Assembly: GCA_040903115.1 (NCBI GenBank)
Contig: JBBDVZ010000010.1
Coordinates: 1-13,440, forward strand
Source of the DNA: Planctomycetaceae bacterium
GTDB lineage: Bacteria > Planctomycetota > Planctomycetia > Planctomycetales > Planctomycetaceae
Reading direction: 5' to 3'
Length of the DNA: 13,440 nucleotides
Position numbers and translations under genes: made by a program. Below, in pieces: positions 1-7,717 of this stretch. The notes beneath the pieces are model-generated. The model was not told the DNA's origin. It searched no databases and saw nothing but the letters and a program-made list of their open reading frames with translations. How positions within the stretch are numbered: position 1 is the first letter of the stretch; each line of letters starts with the position of its first letter.

Positions 1-3
1 CCC

Positions 4-843
4 ATGCGCCGAAATCGACTCCGCGAACTTCTGAAGGCCGGCCAGCCCACGTTGGGCACGCACGTTCACAGCAGTTGGCCCACCACGATTGAACTTGTGG
101 GGCATTCGGGGATGTTCGACTACGTCGAATTCGTCGGCGAGTATGCCCCCTATGACCTATACGCCCTGGAAAACCTCGCACGGGCCGTCGATTTGTTTCC
201 GCACATGTCGTCGATGATGAAGATCGAGCAGCAGCCCCGCACGTACCTGGCCATTCGCGCCATCGGGTCGGGCCTGCAAAACGTGTTATTCGCCGACCCG
301 CGCACCGTTGCCGACGTCGAAGAATGCGTGAAGTCGGTGCGCGCCGAAGCGCCCGGCTCGGGCGGACTGCACGGAGTGGGCATGCGCCGCGACGTGGGCT
401 TTGTGCTGGAATGCGGCACGCCGGCGTTCGTCAAGGCACTCGATGATGCGGTCGTCGCGCTCATGATCGAAAAACAGTCGGCCGTCGAGAACCTCGAAGC
501 CGTCTTGAGCGTCAAGGGGGTCGACATGGTGCAGTTCGGTCCCGCCGATTACTCGATGAGCATCGGCCTGGCCGGCCAGTTCACGCATCCGCGCGTCAAG
601 GAGGCGGAAAAATACGTGATCGAAACGGCACTCAAGAAAGGCATCGCCCCTCGTGCCGAAATCGCCCGCCCCGAACAGGCCAAAGAATATCTCGACATGG
701 GGGTCAAGCATTTCTGCGTCGGCACCGACGTCAACATTCTCTTTGACTGGTTCAAGTCGACAGGCGGCGCGATGATCGACCTACTCGGGCGAAAAGCACC
801 CGGGACCGGCTATCGAACTCAACAAAGCAATTACGCGCGCTAA
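4..843 (+). CDS. HpcH/HpaI-family aldolase (2-keto-3-deoxy-acid / 2,4-dihydroxyhept-2-enedioate aldolase-like)
   Basis: 279-aa ORF with ATG at 4 and TAA at 841-843. The N-terminus (RLRELLKAGQPTLGTHVHSSWPTTIELVGHSGMFDYVEFVGEYAP) fits the HpcH/HpaI pattern. The later GVDMVQFGPADYSMSIGLAGQFTHPRV resembles the conserved GxD(x)FIGPxDLS...HP region of HpaI-type class II aldolases. Length also fits. Confidence 0.65.
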   Translation: MRRNRLRELLKAGQPTLGTHVHSSWPTTIELVGHSGMFDYVEFVGEYAPYDLYALENLARAVDLFPHMSSMMKIEQQPRTYLAIRAIGSGLQNVLFADPRTVADVEECVKSVRAEAPGSGGLHGVGMRRDVGFVLECGTPAFVKALDDAVVALMIEKQSAVENLEAVLSVKGVDMVQFGPADYSMSIGLAGQFTHPRVKEAEKYVIETALKKGIAPRAEIARPEQAKEYLDMGVKHFCVGTDVNILFDWFKSTGGAMIDLLGRKAPGTGYRTQQSNYAR

Positions 844-844
844 G

Positions 845-866
845 CCCACGGAAGGCCTTCCGTGGG
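845..866. terminator. Perfect 22-bp palindrome CCCACGGAAGG/CCTTCCGTGGG between convergent genes; candidate bidirectional terminator hairpin
   Basis: Seen directly: an 11-bp GC-rich stem with no loop, lying 1 nt after the aldolase stop and 21 nt after the minus-strand isomerase stop. There is no strong U-tract on either side (tct.. on + ; ctta on -), so efficiency as an intrinsic terminator is uncertain. Confidence 0.35.
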
Positions 867-887
867 TCTGCTCGACGCGAATCGCAT

Positions 888-1745
888 TCACCGCTCAAAC
901 GTCGCGCCGCCTTTTCGCGCCGCTGCGACCATATCGACATAACCGCCGTCGCACGCCTCTTCGAACTTCATGTCGGTGAAGCACTCGACGGCAGCCGCTC
1001 CCGTGAACTTGATCTCGTCGAGTGCCTTGAAGACTCGCGCGTAATCCATCTCTCCCTTCCCGGGCATCAGATGGGTCCACTTCGGGTACTTCACACCGTT
1101 CTGCGATTCGTACCCTTCCAGCTTGTGGTCTTTCAAGTGAGCGTGAAAGATGCGCTGGGGAAAGCGTCTGGTGAACGCGACCGGATCGACTTCCATCAGC
1201 GTGAGATAGCTCGGGTCGAGATTCACGCCGAAGTTTGGCGAGTCGACTGCGTCGAACATCCGAGCCAGCTCGTCGGGCGAGCTGTCGACCCAGACCGGCC
1301 AAATGCCATCGACGGCCAACCGAACGTGCCGGGCCGCTCCATAGTCGGCAGCCGACCGGATGGCGGCGACGACGCGCTTCCACTGCTCGTCGCGCGATGC
1401 GCCTTCGCGATAGCCGCCCATGTGAAACGTGACGACCGGAGCGCCCAGCTCGACAGCCAGATCGACCGAGCCGTTTAAGTCGAGCGGGCGTTTTTGCGGA
1501 TCGCCCAGCGAGTCGGCCAGTTGCGCATGCGTGGTGACCGCTTCGATCTTCAGCTTGAGGTCATCCGCCGTGCGACGCGTCAGCGTGCGCAGGTCCTTGT
1601 CGAACGACCGCGGATCGTCGGAGGGGCCGTTGGTGCCGGAGACGTCGATCCCCGCATAGCCGGTCTTCGCGATCCGCGCCAGGCAATCACGCACCGGCAT
1701 CTTCAGCTTGTCGGTGTAACTGTAGGTGTAAAATGAAAGTCGCAT
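888..1745 (-). CDS. Sugar phosphate isomerase/epimerase (xylose-isomerase-like TIM-barrel family)
   Basis: 285-aa ORF with ATG at 1745-1743. Motifs: GYAGIDVSGT near the N-terminus, HMGG, a metal-binding-like HAHLKDHK, and a C-terminal EC...D region. These are typical of AP-endonuclease-2/xylose-isomerase-like TIM barrels, a family greatly expanded in Planctomycetes. Confidence 0.8.
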   Translation of the reverse strand: MRLSFYTYSYTDKLKMPVRDCLARIAKTGYAGIDVSGTNGPSDDPRSFDKDLRTLTRRTADDLKLKIEAVTTHAQLADSLGDPQKRPLDLNGSVDLAVELGAPVVTFHMGGYREGASRDEQWKRVVAAIRSAADYGAARHVRLAVDGIWPVWVDSSPDELARMFDAVDSPNFGVNLDPSYLTLMEVDPVAFTRRFPQRIFHAHLKDHKLEGYESQNGVKYPKWTHLMPGKGEMDYARVFKALDEIKFTGAAAVECFTDMKFEEACDGGYVDMVAAARKGGATFER

Positions 1746-1827
1746 TTGAACATCCTATCAAAGCCCACGGGCTGACTTCGACGAGCTTAGCCGGGCGCAG
1801 CCGGCGGGCTTTGTAAAAAAATGCGAA

Positions 1828-2853
1828 TCACAGGCGCCAGGCGGCCTGGTAATTCAACCCCAGCGTGAGTATCCGCTGCAGCAAATCTCCGTATGAAAGG
1901 CCGGCCTTCTTGGCCGAGTCGGCAAAGTCTTCTCCGTTGGAGAGGTTCGGGTTCGGGTTCGCCTCGAGCACGTAGACGCGGCCGTCTTCGGTCATGCGCA
2001 GGTCCATCCGCGCATAGCCGCTGAGATTGAGCACCTGATAGATCCGCTTGCAGAGCCGCGCGATTTTTTCCGCCATCCCGGCAGGCAGGTCCTCGGCGGC
2101 GCTGGTAGCGATGCCGTACTTCTTCTGATAGGCGAGGTCCCACTTCACGCGGCGCGTCGCGATCTTGGCGACGTCGTCGGGCATTTTCGAAAACAGCAGC
2201 TCCCACACGGGCAGCGTCTGCAACCGCCGGTTGCCCAGCACGCCGACGTAAAACTCGCGCCCCTCGATGTATTCTTCGGCGAGCGCATCAGTTTGGAAGT
2301 GTTCGTGCACGAATTCCACGCGGTCCTTCAGCTTCTCGTCGCTGTGAACGATCGAGGCCTGCGCGATGCCCAGCGACGCGTCTTCGATCGGCGATTTCAC
2401 CAGCAACGGATAAGTCAGCCGGCGTCGTGGCTTGACCTTCTTACCCAGCGGAAAGACCACAAACTGCGGCGTGGGAATGCGGTGGTACGTCAAAATCTTT
2501 TTGCAGAGCGGCTTGTCGTGCGATAACAGCAACCCGCGCGGGTTGCAGCCGGTGTAAGGCAAGCGCATCAGCTCCAGGTAGCTGACCACGTGCTGATCGT
2601 AATGGGCAACGCCGTGAAACTCTTCCAGCAGGTTGAAGATAATGTGCGGTTTCGATTCCTCGATGGCGTCGCGGATCACTCCCAGATCATTACTAACGCC
2701 CAGCGGCGTTGCTTCATGCCCGAGCTTTCGCAGTGCCGCGAGCACGTCGTACTCGGTCTTCCACTCGAGAACTTCCTGTTCGGAGTGACCGTCCAGGCTC
2801 TCGGGAGGGACCAGGCTCTCGTGCATGAGGACCAGCGTGCGAAGCTTTTTCAT
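1828..2853 (-). CDS. ATP-grasp enzyme of the D-alanine--D-alanine ligase family (amide-bond ligase, substrate unknown)
   Basis: 341-aa ORF with ATG at 2853-2851. The N-domain pattern FHGVAHYDQHVVSYLELMRLPYTGCNPRGLLLSHDKPLCKKIL parallels the Ddl motif HG..GEDG..Q..LE...PY.G......DK...K. The central ATP-grasp segment (LLVKSP...EEYIEGREFYVGVLGN) and the C-terminal EANPNPNLS match Ddl 'E.NT.PG'. It is not in a dcw/mur context, so it need not be the cell-wall Ddl. Confidence 0.75.
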   Translation of the reverse strand: MKKLRTLVLMHESLVPPESLDGHSEQEVLEWKTEYDVLAALRKLGHEATPLGVSNDLGVIRDAIEESKPHIIFNLLEEFHGVAHYDQHVVSYLELMRLPYTGCNPRGLLLSHDKPLCKKILTYHRIPTPQFVVFPLGKKVKPRRRLTYPLLVKSPIEDASLGIAQASIVHSDEKLKDRVEFVHEHFQTDALAEEYIEGREFYVGVLGNRRLQTLPVWELLFSKMPDDVAKIATRRVKWDLAYQKKYGIATSAAEDLPAGMAEKIARLCKRIYQVLNLSGYARMDLRMTEDGRVYVLEANPNPNLSNGEDFADSAKKAGLSYGDLLQRILTLGLNYQAAWRL

Positions 2854-3824
2854 AAAGCGTATCGGTGGCGGCCGCTGTGAAGGTAATTCATGGTCTGCAC
2901 GGTCACCACGACCAGCGCATCCTGCTTGGTCTCGGATTCGGTCCGAACCAGCCTCAGTTTCAATTCGCGACAGCGATCGATCATCTCATTGAGGACCTGG
3001 TCGATGAAGTACTGGTACTCGCCGGTCCAGCGGGCGACCGCATGCCGCAATTCGGGACGGACGCGCCGCAGGAATCCGGCGGCAGTCTTATGACGCGCGT
3101 GTTCCGGCGCGTTGCTGAAAAGTCGCAGTAAATCACGATCGAACGCGCTAGGGCGCACTGTCTTATAACGAGCCCGCTTTTGCTCGTAATGCTCCCCGAG
3201 CGTCTTGCGGATTTTGTAAACCGGCTCGACGACGCGCGTGGAACGGATGAGCGGCTCCTGCCGCCGCACCAGTCGCATCAAGCTGTCGACGTATTCCAGT
3301 TTCCGCAGCGCAGGCCAACCTGCGTACTGCGTCCGCCAACGCGAGCGCGGCTTCAGCCAAACCGCGAACGTCTCGGAGTAGTCCTCCGAGGGGTGACTCT
3401 GCGCATACCACGGATCGAGATGCAGCACGTAACTTTTGCTGTACGGCTTAGGCTGATAACGATCGGGGTAGGGCACAGAGTACTTGCCGAACATCCCGGT
3501 CCAGCTTCGCTTGCGATGCAGATTGAACGCGTTGTCGATGGCATGACCCGCTTCGTGGCGGAGGATGCGCATGCACCACTCCTCGGTCCCGCCTTCGACC
3601 TCGAGCATCTGGGCACGCTCCAGACGCACCAGCCGCGGATGTGCAAGATAAAATGGGATGGCGATGCCGGGCACGCCGTCGGGGCAAAACCATTCCTCCG
3701 ACAGCCAACAGTGGGGACGAAAGGCAAGCTGCCGCTGCTCGAGGTCCTCATAGAGCCGGTCGATCCGTTTTTCCAGCAGCGTGCCTTCGATCTTCAAACC
3801 GAGATCGCAAATGCGCACCTTCAT
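2850..3824 (-). CDS. HExxH zinc-metallopeptidase-like protein (putative zinc-binding metallopeptidase family); start uncertain (long form begins with TTG at 4034)
   Basis: The ORF runs 2850-4034 on the minus strand. It contains WCMRILRHEAGHAIDN (HExxH), plus later Trp/Tyr-rich conserved-looking blocks. The first 70 codons of the long form are Arg/Ala-rich low complexity and start with TTG, and three other frames are open over the same GC-rich DNA. I therefore prefer the ATG at 3824-3822 (MKVRICDLGLKIEG...). The stop TGA (2852-2850) overlaps the ATG of the ATP-grasp gene (ATGA), implying translational coupling. Confidence 0.55.
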   Translation of the reverse strand: MKVRICDLGLKIEGTLLEKRIDRLYEDLEQRQLAFRPHCWLSEEWFCPDGVPGIAIPFYLAHPRLVRLERAQMLEVEGGTEEWCMRILRHEAGHAIDNAFNLHRKRSWTGMFGKYSVPYPDRYQPKPYSKSYVLHLDPWYAQSHPSEDYSETFAVWLKPRSRWRTQYAGWPALRKLEYVDSLMRLVRRQEPLIRSTRVVEPVYKIRKTLGEHYEQKRARYKTVRPSAFDRDLLRLFSNAPEHARHKTAAGFLRRVRPELRHAVARWTGEYQYFIDQVLNEMIDRCRELKLRLVRTESETKQDALVVVTVQTMNYLHSGRHRYAL

Positions 3825-4071
3825 CAACTGCTCGTTCGGGAGGCCCGCCCAATCGTGCTGCCGAGTCCTGCGGCGAGCGACGGCGCCGTTCGTCGACGCC
3901 GAGTGGAGCCGGCGCGCAGCCGCGCTTGTGCCCAGCCCGCGCCGTTGGCGGCCCCCTGCAGCCGCAGCCCGTTGCCGTGCCCGTGCGGACCCGGCCATCT
4001 TACTGCGAGCACCAGCCCTTGCGGCAACCGTCAAAGTAAGTCACTCCAATCTCGACAAATCCCACAAAACG

Positions 4072-4088
4072 ATCCCGCGCCGCGGGAT
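4072..4088. promoter_or_regulatory. Perfect 17-bp palindrome ATCCCGCG-C-CGCGGGAT in the divergent intergenic region between the peptidase/ATP-grasp operon and the NfeD-flotillin operon; candidate operator
   Basis: Seen directly. It is followed 8 nt later by TAGAAT (4097-4102), which resembles a -10 hexamer. No matching -35 was identified. Confidence 0.25.
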
Positions 4089-4300
4089 GAGTTCCATTTA
4101 GAATAGCATCGAAGCCAGCGTTGGCGAGCACACGCGGCCAAAATTGATGATCGCCGTCAGGGAGCGGCAAATTCCCGCAGACTCCGGTTGCCGCGTGCGG
4201 CTGGACCCGCGCCACTTTGCCGGCCGCGGAGCGAGTCGATCCCCGGTTTTCTTCGGTCCAACCGTCCAAAAAACTCACCCAGCGGTGATCCAAATCGGGT

Positions 4301-4954
4301 ATGCTGGCGTTAGGTTTTGTGGCAGTCGAAGAGTTGGTCGCGCCGGAGGTATGGATGGAAACCTTCTACATGTACTGTGCCGCGATTGGCGGGACACTGA
4401 TGGCCGGGCAATTTATCCTCGGCGTACTGGGGTTCGGTCACGATCACGGTTTTGATGCCGGTGGCGCAGGCGCGGGTCTCGATCATGCCGGCATCGACCA
4501 TGGCGACTTCGATAATGATGGACAGTGGTTTGTCGGAATGCTGAGCTTTCGGGCGATCGTCGCCGCCGTCACGGTGTTTGGGTTGACGGGACTGGCCGTT
4601 CCGCAATGGTTCGACTCGCCAAAGCCTCAAACGGTGTTCCTGATCGGCCTGGCGGCCGGCGGAGCCGTGATGTACGGAATCGCCTGGCTGATGCGCATGG
4701 TTTATCGGCTCAAATCTGACGGGACGGTCCGCATCGACCGTGCCGTCGGCGCCCGGGGTTCGGTCTACCTGACAATTCCCGGAAATAAGTCGGGGGCCGG
4801 CAAAGTCAACGTCACGGTGCAGGGCCGCACCATGGAATATCAGGCGATCACTTCTGAAGGCGAACTACCCACCGGCGCGGCCGTCGTCGTTGTCGACGTG
4901 GCGGGCCCGGGGACTCTCGAAGTCAGCAAAGCCGCCGCGACAAACTCCGCATGA
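4301..4954 (+). CDS. NfeD-like membrane protein (YqiJ-type; OB-fold C-terminal domain), partner of flotillin
   Basis: 217-aa ORF. It has hydrophobic N-terminal and central helices, a His/Asp/Gly-rich loop (GHDHGFDAGGAGAGLDHAGIDHGDFDNDGQ), and a C-terminal beta-rich segment (GSVYLTIPGNKSGAGKVNVTVQGRTMEYQAITSEGELPTGAAVVVVDVAGPGTLEV) typical of the NfeD OB-fold. Its stop overlaps the flotillin ATG (ATGA at 4951-4954). An alternative start at ATG 4355 (METFYMYC...) sits 5 nt after GGAGG (4345-4349) and may be the true start. Confidence 0.7.
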   Translation: MLALGFVAVEELVAPEVWMETFYMYCAAIGGTLMAGQFILGVLGFGHDHGFDAGGAGAGLDHAGIDHGDFDNDGQWFVGMLSFRAIVAAVTVFGLTGLAVPQWFDSPKPQTVFLIGLAAGGAVMYGIAWLMRMVYRLKSDGTVRIDRAVGARGSVYLTIPGNKSGAGKVNVTVQGRTMEYQAITSEGELPTGAAVVVVDVAGPGTLEVSKAAATNSA

Positions 4955-6714
4955 GGGACAGAGCCATGTTTTATCCTGAGCTGTTGGCCGCATCCTCCGT
5001 TTTCGGCCCTGACGGGCCGCCGTATTCGCTGTTGATTGCCTTGGTGGTGCTGGGGGCCTTTGTCGGTATCGTCATCTTCGCCGCCAAGCGCTACAAGCGA
5101 TGCCCGAGCAACCGCGTGCTGGTGATCTACGGAAAGATTGGCGGCGGCCGCTCGGCGACCTGCATTCACGGCGGCGGCCGGTTCGTGTTGCCCATCATTC
5201 AAGACTACCGGTACCTGAACCTGGAACCGATCCAGATCGAGATTCCGCTCAAGGACGCGCTTTCGAGCGAAAACATTCGCGTCAACGTCCCGAGCGTTTT
5301 TACCGTGGCCATCAGCATCGAGCCGGAGGTCATGCAGAACGCCGCCATCCGCCTGCTGGACCTGAATACGCAGCAGGTCAAAAAGCAGGCTGAGGACATG
5401 ATTTTCGGCCAGTTGAGGCAGGTGATTGCTTCGATGGGGATCGAAGACATCAACCGCGACCGCGAGAAATTTCTGCACAACATTCAAAACTCGGTCGAGC
5501 CGGAGTTGCGGAAAATCGGGCTCGTGCTGATCAACGTCAACATCACCGACATCACCGACGAGTCCGGCTACATCGAAGCCATCGGCCGCAAGGCCGCCTC
5601 CGAAGCCGTACAAAAAGCCCGTGGCGACGTCGCCGACCAGGAAAGAATGGGCGAAGTGCGCGTCGCGGAGGCCGACCGTGACAAGATGGTTTCGGTCGCC
5701 GACGCACAAAAGACCCGCGAGATCGGCATGCGCGGAGCCGAACGGGAGAAAGCCGTCCGCATCGCCGACCTGAGCAAAGAACAGCAAGTCGGCGAGCAGC
5801 GCGCGAGCTTCCAACGCGAAATGGAAGTGGCCGACGCCGACCGCGAAAAGCGCGTCTCCGTCGCCAATGCCAACGCGATTGCGTTTACTGGCGAGGCCGA
5901 GTCGCAGGCAAAGATCGCCGCGGCGCAGGCACAACTGCAGGTCAAAAAGTCCGACGCCTATCAGCTCGGCGAGACGCGCAAGCGAGAGGCCGAAGCCGCC
6001 GTCCTCGAAGCTCAAAACCGCGCGATGGCCAAGGCGGCCCTCGCGGACGCCGAACGCGTTGAGGCCCAGCAGCGCGCCGAGCTCGAAGCACCGGCCAAGG
6101 CCCAGAAGGCGAAGATCATTGTCGACGCGGAAGCCGAGGCCCAGAAACGGCGGCTTGAAGCCGAAGGACAAGCCGCGGCCATTTTCGCCAAGCTGGAAGC
6201 CGAAGCGAAGGGCCAGTACGAAATCCTCGCCAAGAAGGGAGAGGGCCTGCGCAAAATCGTCGAAGCGTGCGGCGGGCCGCAGGAAGCATTTCAGCTTCTC
6301 ATGCTCGAGCACATGGACAAGCTGGCCGAAACGGCGGCCCAGGCCATCTCCAATATCAAGTTTGATAAAATCATTGTTTGGGAAAACGGCAGTCAGAACG
6401 GCAAGTCGTCGACGGCCAACTTTCTGCAAGGTATGACGCAAACGCTGCCGCCCATGCTGCAGGTGATGAAGGAGATCGGCGGCGTCGAAATGCCCGAAAT
6501 CGTGGGCCGCCTGATGCCCGATTTGAACACCAACGGCGGCACGCCGACGGTGCAAAAATCCAAGACCGACGGAACCGGCGCCGTCGGTTCGGCCCAACCG
6601 GAGCAGCCATCGCCTCCGGCGGACTCATTATCTTCACCGGGCAAGGGCGACGTGTCTTCACGCAAGGCGCCTCAAATCGCCCAGACGTCTGCGGCCAGGA
6701 AGACCGAGCAGTAA
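4951..6714 (+). CDS. Flotillin-like SPFH/band-7 domain protein (YqiK/FloT-type) with long Glu/Ala-rich coiled coil and disordered C-terminal tail
   Basis: 587-aa ORF. It has an N-terminal hydrophobic anchor (LLIALVVLGAFVGIVIFAA), then an SPFH core (VLVIYGKIGGGRSATCIHGGGRFVLPIIQDYRYLNLEPIQIEIP...ISIEPEVMQNAAIRLLDL). An extended EA-repeat coiled coil (AEAEAQKRRLEAEGQAAAIFAKLEAEAKGQ) follows, as in flotillins. The start may instead be ATG 4966 (MFYPELL), preceded by AGGGA 7 nt upstream. Confidence 0.85.
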   Translation: MRDRAMFYPELLAASSVFGPDGPPYSLLIALVVLGAFVGIVIFAAKRYKRCPSNRVLVIYGKIGGGRSATCIHGGGRFVLPIIQDYRYLNLEPIQIEIPLKDALSSENIRVNVPSVFTVAISIEPEVMQNAAIRLLDLNTQQVKKQAEDMIFGQLRQVIASMGIEDINRDREKFLHNIQNSVEPELRKIGLVLINVNITDITDESGYIEAIGRKAASEAVQKARGDVADQERMGEVRVAEADRDKMVSVADAQKTREIGMRGAEREKAVRIADLSKEQQVGEQRASFQREMEVADADREKRVSVANANAIAFTGEAESQAKIAAAQAQLQVKKSDAYQLGETRKREAEAAVLEAQNRAMAKAALADAERVEAQQRAELEAPAKAQKAKIIVDAEAEAQKRRLEAEGQAAAIFAKLEAEAKGQYEILAKKGEGLRKIVEACGGPQEAFQLLMLEHMDKLAETAAQAISNIKFDKIIVWENGSQNGKSSTANFLQGMTQTLPPMLQVMKEIGGVEMPEIVGRLMPDLNTNGGTPTVQKSKTDGTGAVGSAQPEQPSPPADSLSSPGKGDVSSRKAPQIAQTSAARKTEQ

Positions 6715-6733
6715 CGTGCCACCGCCAAGCCGC

Positions 6734-7705
6734 TCATGCGGCGCGGCGGCCTTGTGCCGATGAGTGCTCGAACGACGGGCGGCGCAGCGGTCCGGCGATC
6801 GGACTCGACTCGGGCGCTGCCTCGGGTTGTCGAGCCGATGCGGGTCGCACGAAATATCGCCAGTAGATGACTCCCAGCTCGAAAACCGCCCTCACGAAGT
6901 CGCGCGACCGGACCTTCGACCCCGCGACATCCTGCCACTGCTCCAACGGCAACTCGTAAACCACACTCGCAGCGAGTGCATTCGCGTCTGGTCTTTCCCC
7001 CTCCCCCGCTCGGCTGAGCTCGCCGCAGGCCCTCGCGGGGGAGGGCCGGGGTGGGGGGGCAACGGCGCACGATGGATGACGACTAATTGCATGGCTAGCG
7101 GCGGCACGGAATCGCATAATCAGACGGGCGAACAGCTCGACGTCGAATATCCAACGGGAGTGAAACGGCTCGGCAAAAAGTGCAGCCGTGTCGGCCGAGA
7201 CGCGGAACATTTTCGCGCCGCACTGCGTGTCATAGATGGGCAAGCCGATCGCCCGTGACGCCACCAGGGCGAACAGCCGACCCAGCAAGCTGCGCCCCCG
7301 CTTCCGGTCGATGCGCCGTCCGAGCAGTCCGATGCGCGTCCCGATGACGATTTCAATTCCCGGACGTCGATCGAGCACGTCGATGAGGCGAGGCAATTCG
7401 TCGAGCGGCGTCGCGAGGTCGGCGTCCAGAAAGCCCACGTAATCGGGTGCGTCTTCGATGGCGGCGAGCACGCCCCGACGCACCGCCTCGGCCTTGCCGC
7501 AGTTGTGCGGCAAGTCGAGAACGCTGATCTGTCCGGGAAGCGATTCGGCCATTTCATTCAACAACGACAGCGTGTTGTCGGTGCTGCCGTCGTTCACGAA
7601 CAGTAGCTTAAAATTGCGGCGTGCACGCACGAATTCGCGGACCGGCCCGGTTTGAAGGCGGCCCGCCTCGTTGTAGCAGGGAATCACAACGGTCGCTGTT
7701 GTCAT
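6734..7705 (-). CDS. GT2-family glycosyltransferase (polyprenyl-phosphate sugar synthase / DPM1-GtrB-like) carrying an unusual in-frame ~45-aa low-complexity insertion and a low-complexity C-terminal tail
   Basis: 323-aa ORF with ATG at 7705-7703. Motifs: VVIPCYNE, FVNDGSTD, FLDADL (DxD), TQCGAKMFR, FDVELFARLI. After ARLIMRFR the sequence departs from the family pattern with a Pro/Ala/Gly-rich stretch (AAASHAISRHPSCAVAPPPRPSPARACGELSRAGEGERPDANALAA). It returns to the family pattern at SVVYELPLEQWQDVAGSKV. The departing stretch maps to nt ~6967-7105, exactly over the G/C-rich stem-loop described in the next feature. Confidence 0.75.
   Translation of the reverse strand: MTTATVVIPCYNEAGRLQTGPVREFVRARRNFKLLFVNDGSTDNTLSLLNEMAESLPGQISVLDLPHNCGKAEAVRRGVLAAIEDAPDYVGFLDADLATPLDELPRLIDVLDRRPGIEIVIGTRIGLLGRRIDRKRGRSLLGRLFALVASRAIGLPIYDTQCGAKMFRVSADTAALFAEPFHSRWIFDVELFARLIMRFRAAASHAISRHPSCAVAPPPRPSPARACGELSRAGEGERPDANALAASVVYELPLEQWQDVAGSKVRSRDFVRAVFELGVIYWRYFVRPASARQPEAAPESSPIAGPLRRPSFEHSSAQGRRAA
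6996..7046. repeat. GC-rich stem-loop inside the GT2 CDS: 11-bp perfect stem CCCTCCCCCGC / GCGGGGGAGGG (6998-7008 / 7035-7045) enclosing a ~26-nt loop that carries the conserved 26-bp core CCGCTCGGCTGAGCTCGCCGCAGGCC (6998-7037 region, minus-sense GGCCTGCGGCGAGCTCAGCCGAGCGG)
   Basis: Seen directly in the sequence. It is flanked on the left by a second palindrome, CACTCGC-A-GCGAGTG (6964-6978). The loop core is identical (26/26) to a sequence at 9212-9237. Confidence 0.6.
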
Positions 7706-7717
7706 ACGGTCACATCT

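Noticed and set aside
1746-1827. A7 run and short hairpins (GCCGGGCGCAGCCGGC; AGCCCACGGGCT) between the ATP-grasp and isomerase genes, considered as a terminator
   Set aside because: On the transcribed (minus) strand the T-run precedes rather than follows the hairpin, and the stems are only 5 bp. It is more likely a leader or RBS-proximal structure than a terminator, so the three minus-strand genes may be co-transcribed.
3825-4034. 70-codon N-terminal extension (TTG start) of the HExxH protein, plus overlapping ORFs 3641-4039(+), 3781-4101(+) and 3824-4027(-)
   Set aside because: All three frames on both strands are open across this GC-rich stretch, and the translations are Arg/Ala/Pro-rich low complexity. 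This is typical of non-coding high-GC DNA. The extension is kept only as an alternative boundary.
4000-4293. 97-aa minus-strand ORF in the divergent intergenic region
   Set aside because: It starts with TTG and has no RBS or recognisable motifs. It would overlap the long form of the peptidase gene. A genuine small protein cannot be excluded, but nothing supports it.
4840-6597. 585-aa ORF on the minus strand antisense to the flotillin gene
   Set aside because: Gly/Arg/Leu-rich low complexity that simply mirrors the GAA/GCC-rich coiled-coil codons of the flotillin. It has no recognisable domain, whereas the sense strand has a clear SPFH protein.
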